The notes under the pieces are model-generated. The model was given only the letters and a program-made list of their open reading frames with translations, made no database searches and was not told where the DNA came from. Of a stretch of DNA of 64,000 nt, positions 9,501 to 48,222 are shown piece by piece; position 1 is the stretch's first letter, and every line of letters starts with the position of its first letter. Origin of the DNA: Paraspadella gotoi. Its lineage: Eukaryota > Animalia > Chaetognatha. Where the stretch lies: the NCBI GenBank assembly GCA_051294375.1, contig CM119270.1, forward strand, positions 8,419,213-8,483,212. Direction: 5' to 3'. A program made the position numbers and the translations under genes.

Positions 9501-12500
9501 ATGTGGCTAAATTTTACTTTCACCGACCTCGGTTATGGCGGCTTTTAAAAAAACATTTAAAAATATTTATTTTTTTTAAAAATTACCTAATTACCCTAAC
9601 CCTAAACCACCCTTAAATTATCCTTAACCCTAACCCCAGAATGTTTTTTTTCTTGTGCGTTTGCGTTTGACAAAATTGTGAAATTGTGAAAATGTTACGG
9701 AAAGAGAGAGAGAGAGAGTTAAAAGGTTAATTGTTGTCAACAAAATTTTGAGCTCTTTCTTCATCTCTTAAACTTCACTATTTCTTTTTTAGTATCCCTC
9801 ACCTCTTTCTTTATTTCACTGTCTGAGTTAATTATTATTTATTCTCATTTGTTATTAATTTTATTCACTATTTACTTTCAAGTTTTGACATAAATCTTTC
9901 ACTGTTTGTACATTGTATTAGTTAAAAACTTCTTCAACCTTCACATTTAACTTCTTTTCACAATCTCACTGACTTTATTCTTACCTGAACTTGTCCTCAC
10001 CCCTGACCACTGTCCCTTTCTTCAAATCTTTGTTGAAAACTTTTAACCTTTCTTTCTCTCTCACTATTTCCCAAAAATTTTCACAATTTCACATATTTTT
10101 CAAACCCGCTGATGAAGGTTTGAATAAATAAACCAAAACATGTCCGATATTAATTTATAATCTCGTTGTTTTATATAAATAAAACTACAACTTTGTAAAC
10201 CTAAAAAATTATGTAATTGGTACAATAAATTTAAAAATAGTCGGGTTAGATTCTTACTTTTCCCACAGGCTTTTCGAAAGCAATGAAATACTCTCAAAGA
10301 CAAATATTTTATTTAACATGATTTTTAGAATAAAATCCTTATTAAATTTTCTAGGCGAAGGAAAAGTAAAGATGATCGTGTGTCTAAATCCGATGGCAGC
10401 CGACTACGACGAGACTCTTCACGTGATGAAGTTCGCGGAGATGACGCAGGAGGTGCAGACAACTCGAGCCACAGGTGCGTGTCTCTTTCGGAAATTTGTG
10501 TTCAGCTTTTTTGTCTAGATACTAATTATTATGGGTTTTACAATTAAGTCTGCAGTCTCGAGTGACGAGTGAAAAAAAAGGCGAGGCATCTTAATTGCTA
10601 CTGTCAAGTGGGCGATGAATTGAAATTTCGACAGATTGCGTTGGCTTTTTCTCCAATTTACAAATTTGAATTCAAGCGAGTTCAAGGTCTTCTATCATCA
10701 AATAAAAAAAGTTAATTGCCTTGGCTTTAATCGCCTCGATTCTTCCTTGAGCCGATGACATCCGCCTTCGAACCGAAAACGATTTTTCGATGAGGTTTAT
10801 CGTCTAAATTAATAATATGCGCAGCTTCCGCCATCGAGCTGGTCCGCAACATGTAAATGAGCCTGAAGCGAAGCGCGAGAGATCGTCCTAATTTAATTTG
10901 CGTCCTGAACACTGAATGAAAAATTTTTTTTATAAAAGAAGAAAGTTTAGAAAGTAAGTGCTTTTTAATTTTAGCAAGCGAATTGACCAGTTGTTATTCA
11001 GTCTTACAAGTTTCCTTTCTCTATTTGACTTCGATTCAAAATTGATACATATTTATTTTCATTTTTATTTATTTTTAGACTCCATATATCATTGTCCGTC
11101 CAAGAATGTAACGTTAAAAAACTAAGATTATTTGCTAAAATTTGTTATGGAAAAAGTTTCCCTCGTCTAAATCATTGTTTTTATATTTAGAAATTCAATG
11201 AAAAACGGGTAAGGATTTTTAGTTAAGGTATTCTATAAAAAAAATAAAGATGATGTGAAGCAGGAAGAGGTTGCATTGTAGCGAAATCGTGAATTTGAAA
11301 CCATTTAAAACATAATTTGAAGTAAAAAGCAAAGTTATAACAAAAGATAAGGTAAAAATTGTTTGTATGAAAGGAAGTTAATAATGACGTGACTATGGTT
11401 CAGACGGAGACTGGATCTTATTTTTATTTCTTTCTGTAAACACAACAAATTTTGCTCTAAAGCTTTTGTTTTTCTTTAACTTTCTTCATCTTATTTTCCT
11501 TTTCCTTTCGATATCCGTCTCGACCGCTACCTTTCCTTTTTATACCACTTTTTATATGGCCTTTTAAGTTTTTGTTTTTTATTATTCCCTGGCGTTTTTT
11601 CTTCGCTTGACAAGAGCCTTTTTATGATTTTGTTTATTCCAGGGGTTTCCGTTTTATGTCTGATCTCCTGTTCTGTGCTAACCTTTGCTCCACACATTTT
11701 TTACCACTTTCAACAGCACCTTTTTTATCTTCNNNNNNNNNNTTCCTTTCTCCCTCTCACCCTTTCGTTTCTTTTTTTTATTTTCTGCCTTTTTTTCATT
11801 ATTATCTTTTTTTTTTCTCCCGTTTTTTTCTATTTTCACTTTTTTTTCTTTCTCCCTTTAATCTCCTTTTCCTTTCTCCTTTTCTAATTTTCGATTCCTC
11901 TCCTTTTTTTACCCTCTTTCTCCCCATTTTCTCTTCTCTTTTCCCTTCTCTTTCAAGTCGCTCTGCTTTAACTAAACGGCTGCGTCTGCGTTTGCAATTT
12001 GTATATTACTGGAAGGTTTTTTTTCTATTATTACTGTCATAAGTAAATTAAAAATATTTTGCAGGAGTGAAGTACAATCTCGGCCTTACCCCTGGACGGC
12101 GAAAGGCCAATCTCGCTTTCAAGGCGGCCATAGAGGAAGATTCCGCGTCGTCACCGGCGTATTCGGACCCAGAATCCTTAGGCACCGGACTGGGGGGCAT
12201 CGCTTCGGCACCACCCTTAGCTTACGATCTCGGCGCTCCATTGACAGTGGTGGATTTCGTTGATCCCCGCGACGAAAGATACTTTCCCGCTTATATCGAC
12301 TACTTTATGGATAAAGCAAGAAAGCGCGCGACGCTACTTTCCGATCTGGGTCGAAAGTGAGTGATTTGGAAGGGAGCAGAGACTCATAATGAAAAACAAA
12401 CCGGTCGTTAAGAGACGTTTTTAAGGGTAGATGAGGAATGAACATTAACAGAATAATATTCGAGGAGTATGAAAGTGAATATGAAAGGTTTTTAACAAGG

Positions 12501-15500
12501 GACAAGCGACAGGTCCATACACATGCATGACAATTTTATTTATTTTCCCTCCAGATACGACTCTTTTCGGGCCCGACTCGTAGAAGTCGAAGCGGAGAAT
12601 TTGAATCTTCGCGCCAAACAAAGCGAATTTCAGGTCTGAAGGTTTAAATGAAATTTGATTTTACTTTTTTATTTTTACTATCCTTCATGTATATAATGTT
12701 GAAATTAAACTCTAAACCGATTAAAAATTTTTCGTCCTCAAGACGACGCTCCAAGCTAAGGACAAAGAGTTGCAGAAGTTAAGGAAAAAATTGCAAACGA
12801 TAGAGACGTCAACGGAATCTTTGAAGAAGAATCATGCAGGTGGGTCGCGGGTACAAGATTTAACGACGCTCGACGTACTTATTATTTCCTGTTTCGTATA
12901 TTTATAGTGTTTTTTTTCAGTCCTAGTATTCTAGTCCGTTCTCAACCCAATCAAAACGATAAATATATTAAATTTGTGGACGTCATTGGACACTTCGCAG
13001 CTTATAAAAAAATATAATCTCATACGAGAGAACGTGGTCGGGATCGAGATTGCCTGTTGACTCGCGACGGACAAATAAATGAATAAATAAATTTCGCAGA
13101 AATGAGATTGTGGCTGAGAGGTGGCGGTGTAGTTTCGGATGATGCATTTCGCAATCAACGTCGCTGGTTCGATCCTGGGCTGGAAAAGGCCTTGGGAGTA
13201 ATAATTCGAGAACAATCAAGGCCGAGTTGTGATTCATATGAGAAGAAACAAAGATAATTTATTAACCTTCGGACACCTCGTGTAAAACCATAAAAAAACG
13301 CTAAAAAATTAAAAAAAGACAACGGCAAAAAAAAAAATTCCTTTCACGTATCTGCTTTGCCTCTGCCAAAATAGTAATAAGCTTTTCAAATTAATACTAA
13401 ATCGAAAAAGCCCTAACCGTTTGCTGCATGCGAAAACGAATTCTCCATGTTCGAATACATTTATATTAATCAGCCACTTGGCTGCTTGTGTTTGTCAGTA
13501 GTTGTCTTACGATTAAACGATCAGCGCTTGCTTATAATAATATTTCGCTAATTGAGAATTAGGATTTTTAATATGTATCTGAGGTTAAAAGCGTTCTGTC
13601 TTTAATGCATATTACATAATGTAAAATGTAAATCAGTTTCTCAATCAGATCCCTCAATCGGCTCAATCATAAATAGCAAGTGTATTAATACTGTATAACC
13701 TTTTTTACCGCTCCCTTCTCACTCTATCAGAAGCCCTCTCGGCAAAGCGTGACCTTGAGTCGGAGCTGGAATCTCGCGCGGTGAAAATCAAACAGGAAAA
13801 GGATGCCCGGCGCCGTCTGCAGGAGGAAATGGCTTCCAAGATGGCGCTGTGGGAGAAGCACATGAACTCAAAATACACGACGGAGATGCGGCGACAGGTA
13901 CGCATGGATTTTATTTTGCCAGTTTTCGCTAAAAACTAAGATTAGGACTTCTTTAAAATATGAATTAGCCCCTGGTGGGAAAACTGAATAAGAAAAACAT
14001 GTTTACTATCGCAAAGGCGTCGCCGACGTTGAATTAAAATTTAAATGTTCTGTTTCGCAAAAAAAAATATTCGTCGAGAGATTTCTTCCTTCCCGCGCCC
14101 AATATCGAGGGTGTTATTGCGAGAATTTTGGAATTCCGGCCATATTCGCTTAGTTGTTGACAGGTTTCGAATTGGATAAGGAAAAAAACATGGCGGGTGT
14201 TTCAAGATGAAGAACCGAAATTAGTGGGTTTTTGAATGAAAATAGAAATCGAGAAAGTCTTTTATAGGATCTCTCTCTCAATACGATTATCAGACTTTCC
14301 GAGCCACCTTCCCCTTTCCATTTCCCAGTTTTATGAATTCCTCAATCTTGCCTTCTAGCCGAGGCTTTGTCTTCGCGAGTATGCAAATTAAATTCCAATA
14401 CTTTAGTATACGATGAATGGAACCTAGACGCTGGAATAGCGAGATGGAATAAGGATTTTATCGGCTGGGCCTTGAAATATGGAAAAGACGTTAGGAAAAT
14501 CGGCCCCGAAAAGAAATGTTTTTAAGTCATAAGCTTCATGCCGATAATTTTATTATCCTTCCTTGAGCTGGTTCCTTAATCGTTTGTTTTAATTCTTTTA
14601 CAACCTCCGTATTTCATCTTATCTACATTCTTTTACCCCATTCCTTCTTTCACCATTTTTACCCTTAATCATTTTCTTGACAGGCTGAAGCTCACGAGGC
14701 TGAGCTCCGTGCGCAGGAAGAACGAATGGAAGCTTTGCGCGAGATTGTCAACTCGGAAGATCCTCGAGCTTTTGCGGCTCATGTCGGAGCCTCGCCTTCT
14801 TGTGGAACTCATGCCGCCATTCCGGTAACCCCAAAGCAGCATGCCGCCGCAACTCCCGCCACTCCAAAAAGTCACGTCAAGAACTTGGTTTCGTCTTTGG
14901 AAGCCCGAGGCGCCACGCCCGGGGCAAGTAGCGAGTCCGTGACGTCCTCTCCATCCACGGCGTCCTCAATGGCGCCCTCGACAATGCCGTGGGCGGGGCG
15001 GACAAGATCGTCGGCTCGGTCACGTAGTCCGCCTCCGGGTGTCGCTTCGGGGGCGGGCGCGAGGTTTCTTTCACATGTAAACACGAGAAGGAGATCAAAG
15101 AGCACCGGTAAGATGTGCCTTGCGTAAGTGCTGATCTTTATTTTTTATTTATGTATCTTTGTATTAATGTATTTTTTAAAAGTGGCCTAGTTAGTCCGCC
15201 GTTGCACTCTTTTAAATTTTCAATACGTACTTTCCCGTTGTCTCTTATTAGCTTTTGTATCATTTTCTTAGGCTTTTCTTTGATATTTTTACCCGATGTT
15301 TGGAACCAAGTCATAAGTTTTTTATTTCATTTGATTGGTCTAACCATTAAATTAGAAGTTTAACAAAGCGTTACCCCCCGAAATTGTACAATTTTTTTTA
15401 TCGTCGCAATCCCTAAGCATTTGCGACGATATTGTAACACTTTTGCGCATAAGTGGCGTAGGCGTCGTCGTCGTCAGCGTTCCAAATTATAGATCGAATT

Positions 15501-15871
15501 TTTTATGATTAAATTTGGGTTTATGAAGCTGAAAAATTATATACAGCTTCTCATCATCGATGTGCTTAAAATTGAGTCTGGACAGTTATTAAATATGTTT
15601 TGTTTACGTTTTATCAAAACAAACAAATTTTCTCTCTTTTATTTTCATATTTCTCTCTCTCTCTTTTTTTTCTTTTAATTACATGTCTCTCTCCCTCTCA
15701 CTTTTCCATATTCACTAATTCATAATCATAGGGAAAAAAACGAGTCTGCAGGGGCTTATTCTTTTTCTCTATTTTCTCCTGCTGCTTTTGCTGCTGCCTT
15801 TTGAGTCTGCAGGGGCTCTCTTTTTTTCTCTCTTTTCTCCTGCTGCTTCTGCTGCTGCCATTTGATTTTTT

Positions 15872-15916
<45 letters not shown>

Positions 15917-18900
15917 TTTTATTAAAAAAAAAAATTGAATTGGGATTGAACTCGTAAAATTAGGCATCGCATTCGTGCATGTTATCATTTTGCTATAGTA
16001 ACATCGGGTTTTTATTTCACTTTAGTCTTTACTTCACTTTGTCAGTCTGATTCAAGTTTCACTTTGTCTTTTGTCTGGGAATGCTGACAGTGTTAAGTTA
16101 TTTTACTGTTTTATATTTATTCTTTTGACAATGAAAGTTTTTTTTTTTTTTTTTTTTGTTTTTTTTTCAGAAAACTAACTGTAAATTGACAATCGCAAAA
16201 TAGAATTTTTCTTTCTGTTTATAAATTAATTTTCTTTTTTTCCCCTTTATATTCATTCTTTCCTTTCTATTCTTTCTTTCCTTTCTATTCTTTTTTTTTT
16301 CTCTTCTTTCTTTCCTTTCTTTCCTTTCTATTCTTTATTTATTCTTTTCTTCTTTTTCTTTCTGTTTATAAATTATTTTTTTTTTTTTCAAATTTGATTT
16401 TTTTTAGTATCAAAATTTGTCGTCAATCCAGATTTTTCTTATGCAATTGCGACGATCCTTATGCTTTTAAGATTTTTTTCTGATATTTAACTTTTATTCT
16501 TTCCTACTATGTTTTAGTATTTTTTCTGAAAAAAAAAGAACAGTCCCATTATAAGATTTTTTGGTGTTTTTACCATATTCTACTAGAGGGCTTTACAAAG
16601 AAGAAAGCTTTTTGTAAGACCAAGGAACATAGTTTAGCTCCACCCACTAGATCTTCACTTGCACCTGTTCAACAAAATAGAAATTATTTTTTTAATTTTT
16701 TATTATTTTAAATTTTTTTAACAAGTATTTTTTTATTATTCTATTTTATTTTATTCTATTTTTTATTCTATGTTTTGATAAAAGCATTATAATCATATAT
16801 CATACTTTGAAACAAAAATAATATTGTTTTGATGAATAAAATAATATTAGTATCAGAATAACAGTTCAGTTTAAGCCCTTGAAACTGATTTACATGTATT
16901 GGCGCAGCCACTGGTTGTTTTTGTATTTGTTATCTTTTCATTTCCTAATTTTTTTCGTTATTTCACTTCAATAAAAAGGTCCCAACGTTTGGGTTGACCA
17001 CCGTCCTTCTCCACTGATCGAGACGGACGACATCATGAGGCCCACAATCCCCGGCAGCGACAAAAGGCGAAAATCCAACGGCGAACTCCCTGTCAAGGAA
17101 GTTGAGAAGGCGAACAAGTACATGATGACCACACAACTCGTCGATTCGGAGGGAGAGATCGAGACCAGGGTGGTCAAGGGTGAGTCTGAAAATGACGAGA
17201 TCAAAAAGTCAACCACTTGAAAAAAATCGATAAACTTTTTGACATTATTAGTAAGATAACGCTTTTTTATACAATTTTGTTAAAAAAGTCTTCATTAAAA
17301 CATTTCCATTTTTTCTAGTTTTACATAAATATTTTCTTTATAAATCTTTATGCGTAAATAACTCTATAAATTCGAGATTTCGGCGTCGCGTCTTCTCAAA
17401 TGAGAAATAATTTTCTCTCGTCGATGAGATTTTGCTGTGTCGAGTTCGTGAAAAATGTGTGTTTTTCATTAAATTTTACGTCTTGATTAAAACGTCATGA
17501 AAAAAAATATTTAGAAAAAAAAACCCACTTATTTGCGTTATAATTTGTGAATAAGAATAATATCCGTTGACAGTTTGCTAGCCATATTGCTCCGAATTAA
17601 TGGTGGGTTTACGATCAGCGTCGGCCGGGTCACGTGATATGCGCGTTTTTCTCGGTTGAACGGAAATTCGACTCCATTTCCTTTTACCGACTTGTGAAGG
17701 GAAGGAGAAATCACGCTGCAGGGTATGTGGAGAAAAAGTAAGAGTGAAAGGGATGGTGAATTCTTAGGTAGTTTTGAAATATAGTAGTTTGAGATATTCG
17801 CTAGGAAAATGCCTACTATGATGAATTTCTGATTCTTGGTTTGAGATAGAAATAATGGCGTCCAGGTGCAAGTGGACTCGGCGAGAGAAGTGTATGGCGT
17901 GAGCGGTGAAGCAGACTGGGGTGAATTTTGTCGCGTCTCAGATTTCATGGCGTCACCGGTTAGCTTCGTTTCCGACCGACTCTTAGATCAGATTGCCTTC
18001 GAATTCGATGGCCAATTTACGGAGGTTGGTTGGGGTGTGGTGTTATCTTTTTAGCTAGTATTAAAGAAAAGAAGATATGTATGAAACAACGAGAAAGCTA
18101 AAAATTACAATACTGACTTTCGCTGACAAGAGAAGTGCGATTAAAATTCAGTTTGATTTCCTAGCCTTCTTTAACTATATTGTTTTCTCTACTTACGTTA
18201 AGGCTTAACTTTTGTTTTTCCTTCACAATTCTAACAAAAAAATATTTATCCTTCCCACTGCTCAACTAAAATTTCTCTTCTAACCCTAATGGCACGGCCA
18301 GCTCAATTGCCGTGGTCACCGTTCTCTAGCTACTAATTGTTTATATTTGCTGACCTTATGTTTATCTTTTTGTATTTATTATAATTTAATAAGTTTTTAT
18401 TTTTCAGTTCTGTCATGCTCATTTATTATGCTTTTATAACGCGACTTTTTTCCTTTCTTTTCCTTCGTTGCCCGTTCTATTTTCACAATCCTCGTTCTAC
18501 TCCATGATTCACAATTTTCCTCTTGGGCGGAATCAATTTTCCTCCAAAAATGACAGCTGCGTTGCGTAATGCTTAACTCTCTCAAAGTTTTTGACCGTTT
18601 ACAAGTAATACTATTTAATAGTAACCCCTAAAATTGTATAAATTAGATTCGAATTCCTCACGAAAAGTTGATGCGAAAATTGAGAAATTAAAAATTAAAA
18701 AAATTTACTGAAGGTCGGAAGCCGCCAAAGCCAACAATCCTAATGGGCATCATAGGCAACCCGGCTGTTGCCATAACTGTTCTTTTTTTCAGAAAAAAGA
18801 TTAAAACCTCTGGTGGATATACTTAATTAATACTGGATAACTAAATTGTATTGTTATTTTGGTTTTAAAAATGTTCCTTTGTTTATACCGCCCTCTGGTT

Positions 18901-19468
18901 TATTAAGACTAGAACATGTATAAATTTGCTATTTTGTGTGAAGCAATGCTAGTGAAGATCTAGTGGGTGCGGACTAAAGAGCAAATTTCTATAGAAAATA
19001 AAAGGAAAATGCTAACAGTAGAGAAAGTAAGAGACAAATCCTCCTAGTAAGAAGGAATTGTACAATTTCAGGGGTTAAGTAAATCACCAAAGTTATTTAC
19101 AAAAATAAAAAATATAGAATTTGTAATAAACTTGACTTGTTTATCTGTCGGTCACAATTGTATAAAGAACTGGTGAATATCTGGCGGAGAAACTGCAGAG
19201 GTGTGTTTCATTCAAACCGTAACCACCCTTTTCAGGCGACATCGTCCCCACCCGTGGCGGAGGATCCGAAGTTAAAATGACCGACGTCGAAATTGTCCGT
19301 CGACGCCGTCTCTCGCCGGTTGATGCCGCTTCGCCCAACGCCACCGCCCCCAAACGGTCATATTCGAAAACGAGGGCTCCCAGTGCTGAAGATCGCGAGG
19401 AAGTCGAAGAGAGGTGCGCCATCGCTATTGAGGGTCACGGGGGCAGAAGGAAAAGTCGGAGGAATTGA
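6537..19468 (+). CDS. KIF23: Kinesin-6 KIF23/MKLP1 (pavarotti/ZEN-4 ortholog; centralspindlin motor), 16 coding exons, ~944 aa
   Basis: Exons 6537-6773, 6890-7001, 7097-7194, 7265-7424, 7503-7684, 7768-7926, 8781-8912, 9319-9460, 10355-10474, 12065-12356, 12555-12633, 12743-12839, 13731-13897, 14684-15107, 16979-17179, 19236-19468 (2835 nt, in frame). Motifs: [21 protein letters not shown] (P-loop), kinesin-6 loop-6 insert [66 protein letters not shown], coiled coil, RRRSKST, C-terminal WVDHRP...[10 protein letters not shown] (MKLP1 Arf6-binding tail). Confidence 0.95.
8446..8701. mobile_element. Solo-LTR-like element (TGT...ATA termini, 4-bp TSD GTTC) in a KIF23 intron
   Basis: Flanked by GTTC at 8442-8445 and 8702-8705. 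Homologous to 27779-27988 and to the fragment at 18708-18774. Confidence 0.75.
9586..9637. repeat. Degenerate CCCTAA (telomere-like) repeats, intronic
   Basis: ccctaaccctaaa...ccttaaccctaacccc; short and imperfect. Confidence 0.4.
13111..13182 (+). mobile_element. tRNA-derived SINE head / tRNA-like remnant (Pol III A and B boxes)
   Basis: A-box-like TGGCTGAGAGG at 13111 and B-box GGTTCGATCC at 13166-13175. No convincing cloverleaf. Confidence 0.4.
15392..16480 (+). mobile_element. DINE-1/Helentron-like non-autonomous element (~1.1 kb) in a KIF23 intron
   Basis: T-run, then subTIR ATCGTCGCAA (15400-15409), its inverse TTGCGACGAT (15421-15430), a (CGT)n microsatellite (~15461-15480), and a distal TTGCGACGAT (16447-16456). 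The 3' motif GCAATTGCGACGATCCTTATGCTTTTAAG recurs in degraded form at ~53548 and ~54718. Confidence 0.55.
18708..18774. mobile_element. Terminal fragment of the solo-LTR-like family
   Basis: Ends GGGCATCATAGGCAACCCGGCTGTTGCCATA, matching the ends of 8446-8701 and 27779-27988. Confidence 0.7.
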
Positions 19469-20814
19469 GAGGTAGGGAGGAAGAAAGCTTATCATGTTTA
19501 GATTAGCCTATCAAATATATTAACTGCAATCATGTTGCAACAAGTTAGTTTAAAATACATATTGCATTGAAAATGCAACGCAGGTTTTAAAGTATAAATA
19601 CGTATAGTATTTATTTGTTTTGAATGTATAACATTTTATTCGTAGATTTTTCTCAATTTTTGAAATTTTGGGGATTGAAATGATGAATAATTTTGAAAAT
19701 TTGTTCCTCACATGCCACTAATTATGACATAACCTTGTACATACATTTTTCCATAAACCTTTAAAATGAAATTACTTAAATTCTGTAAATAGCCTCCAGT
19801 TGTTACGCTTTGTAAATTTTATGATTTCATAGGGTTTGTTATTGCTTTCGTTAATTGATATTGGTTTTTCTAGCTTATGCATTATTTTTTCTATTTGCTA
19901 ATATTTTATGCATAATAAAAAATTTTTATTACACTCGCTACTTCTTTAAACATATCAGGCGTGTAAACGTTTAGGCCGTATGTAATTAATGAAATAAATG
20001 TCATCATGAATATCATTTCATTCGCTGAGATAACGTAGCTTGATCGACGTGTTTTTATTGGTTCAGTTGGAAAATCCTTTGGTTGAACCATCGGTTCCCT
20101 ACAGAAGCATAGTTTTCGGAGGTAAGGATGACATTTTGTTCCTGAGAATTGAAGAAAATTCTCCATGGAAATTTGCGAATCCGTCTTTGGTCTTTTTTGA
20201 ATCCTCGCTTCCTCTGTTTTTTTGTTTTTGTTTTTTTTTTTTAACATGGAACAGGCGCAGGTTTTTTTAACCCCTTTTTTGGAGGTTGGATTTTCTATTC
20301 TTTATTTACCTACTTTCTATCGTAAGAAAATGAACCAAAAGCTTATTTCCTTTATTCAACGTTTCTTTTAAGTACACAGTACGAAACTGTGGTAAATTAA
20401 GTGAAGCACATTGGAAGCACATTTTTTGGGCGATTGGAGAATACGGGGACGTTGAGTAGGGAGAAAAACTGTATCTTTTAACGAAATGTACCACGAACAC
20501 AAGGCAACATTTGAGGTTTACGAGCGCGCATGAAAAACTAAATGAACTACAAAGAAACAAAAAAAAGTTTTGAGATCGATTCGGGTGTAATGTCTCGATG
20601 GATTAATTTATCGTCTTCCTTTAATTCGGTTGACGTATGAAATATCTAACATGAAGTATCTAATGACATTTCTAATGAGAATGGAGTTGCAGCAGTGCAG
20701 ATAGGCCATACATTTTTTCTGCATTGAGTTTTAGAAAAAATTCTCTTTTTGACGATTTGGCTGTTCATTTAATAGAAAGCATAGGCTGCTATATATCCGT
20801 TTCTCGTTGTAAAC

Positions 20815-45962
<25,148 letters not shown>

Positions 45963-46364
45963 CTCTTGAATTTATTTCATCGTTTCTTCCCCATCATTCA
46001 CTTATTCTTTTATCCATTTCTTCATGCATTCGTTAACCTATTAATCGATTCACTCAGTCATTTTCTTAATTATCTATACCCACTTCTGCCTTCTTCAAAA
46101 AATATCCCTACATTGCCAATTCTTTAACGAGTGCATTCACTTCAAAGTCGGACAAAAATTGATTAGTTTGTTTTGCCATATAAAATATAAAAAGAAAAAT
46201 TGAGTATAAATATTTTTTTGCGGTTGAGAATGTTTTTAATATGCGATTTCACCGTAAGAGTCAATTCTGGAAAGCAAAGGGTTCACCTGAGGATGGAATA
46301 AATATTTCATAGAAATTTCTTTCCTTCTCCATTTTTCTCTTTCTCTTTCTCTCTTTCTTTCTCT

Positions 46365-46560
46365 CCACGTTCCTTCTCTCCACTTTCCTTAGTTCAAATT
46401 TGCTTAGTTCCACTTTCCTTATTTCCAATTTCCTTAGTTCCACTTTCCTTAGTTCCAATTTCCTTAGTTCCACTTTCCTTAGTTACAATTTGCTTAGTTC
46501 CACGTTCCTTATTTCTACACTCCTTATTTCCACTTTCCTTCTCTTCACTTTCCTTCTCTC
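46365..46560. repeat. 15/30-bp minisatellite (CCACTTTCCTTAGTT / CCAATTTCCTTAGTT)
   Basis: About 12 tandem 15-mers alternating two variants. Confidence 0.85.
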
Positions 46561-47269
46561 CTCTTTACTTCTCTCCTCTTTCACTTTTTTTCGCTTTCTT
46601 TATTTCCTTAGTAATAGTAATAGTAATAGTAAAAAAAAAACTTAATCTTACGCTGAACTCCAAATCTCCGTCGTAGTCTCTTTGTTGGCCGAACTCACGC
46701 ACGGAAAAAGATGAAGAATTGGGTTCTGATTCCATCTTCACGATTTAGTCTTCGCTCATCTTTATATTTTTTTTTTTCTATTTTTTTTTTATTCCATGAC
46801 CTTGCCCCCGTCACGGGGCGCGGTTACAGTTTCAGTTACCATGTAAATTTGCTCGAAATTCTTTTTTTTTCTCGCGATTTTTTTTGCGTTTCGGCGCCAT
46901 TGTTGTTGAGTCTATGGTGTAGCTTTAAAAATCAGGTGAATCCAGATTAGGTTACATTTCGTGAGCATCAGATGATAAACAGTAGATATGCGCGACGAAA
47001 ATTTTTTTGTTAAAATAGTGACTAAAAAATGTAAATTTGATGAACCACGCGCGAAACTTCGGAATTTTACGGAGACTCGATCCGCGGAGAAATATGAAAT
47101 GAAAATATTTTATATTTTTAGCAAGGAAATAAATTTTAAAAAAAGGAATAACTCAATTAAATAAATAAATAAATTTTTATATAAATAATGTATTGAAGAG
47201 ACAGTGATAATTGTTATGTGTTAGTGACAGAACCGTTCAATATAAGCAGTCCCTGAGCTTCAGATCAGG

Positions 47270-47395
47270 CTGTAACACCATGTTACAGGCGGGTTAAGCG
47301 CCCCGTCCCTCTTAACTGCCAGACAACCACCGGGCTAGAACCCCGGACCTTTGGGTTGGGAGGCGAATGACTTGCCTCCGGCACCAATGGCCGCT
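47270..47395 (-). mobile_element. tRNA-derived SINE-like element
   Basis: The minus strand reads GGCCATTGGTGCCGGAGG (A-box-like)...CTCCCAA (anticodon-loop-like)...GGGTTCTAGCCCGG (B-box-like), followed by a GC-rich body. It forms a GC island in AT-rich context. Confidence 0.4.
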
Positions 47396-48222
47396 GATGA
47401 ACGGTTGGTGGATTTTAGTCTACCATAGTATAAATAAATAAATAAACATTTTTTTCGCGTTTGGCCGTAACATGTCCAAATCGTCATTAATATCTTTTTC
47501 CCCATTGAGACCTACTTGAAATCATAAATTTAATGTTCTACTAAAAATAAATTAAAAAGAAGTTATTTAAAAAAAGAAACGAGAAAAAAGTGAATGAGAA
47601 GCGAATGAACGCGAAACCAATGACTATCTGAAGTGTGAATGAAGAATGAGGAGGTTTTCAAAAAAACAAAAAACAAAACAAAAAACAAAACAAATAAAAA
47701 AAAACGGGCGCCTTAGAAGCGCAAAGCGGGACTCAAGTAGAGACTGGTATAAATTAAGGACATAAGGCTTAAGGATTAAGGGCTGAAGGGGCAGTAATTG
47801 CCCTGGGGAAAAAAATCGATCATAAAATGGCGCTGGAGAGGTCAGACGGTCGGGGTCAGGCTGGGTCAAAAAGTGGGACTAGCGAGATTTGGACTAGAGG
47901 GTAATGGGATAATTCGACCGGGGTCGCTTCGGAAATTTAGTGGTGAAAAATGCGTGAGACGCAGAGTGAAAAAAAAACGTGAAAACAAGTTCACGGCGAC
48001 GTCGGTTTTTCTCCACAAATTTGTCGTCGTCGCGCGGTTGACAGCGTGAATCAATCTCACAACAAGGTGCGTCATTTGAGAGATTTTTAGGACGTGAATT
48101 ATTGAAAAATGAATTTATTTTTCATATAATTCAGACGTACATGATGATATTCTCAAATTTTTTTTTCGCTCTACGGAGACAGGTTATTTATTCCCTCAGT
48201 ATACGTCGCAGTAGCATCACTT

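Noticed and set aside
9586-9637. Interstitial telomere or chromosome-fusion scar
   Set aside because: Only a few imperfect CCCTAA units; such runs are common inside invertebrate repeats.
13111-13182. Functional tRNA gene
   Set aside because: A/B boxes are present but I could not fold acceptor and anticodon stems; kept only as a SINE-like head.
46261-46645. ORF with LRKVE/LRKLE pentapeptide repeats
   Set aside because: Simply the 15-bp minisatellite in translation; no splice or domain context.
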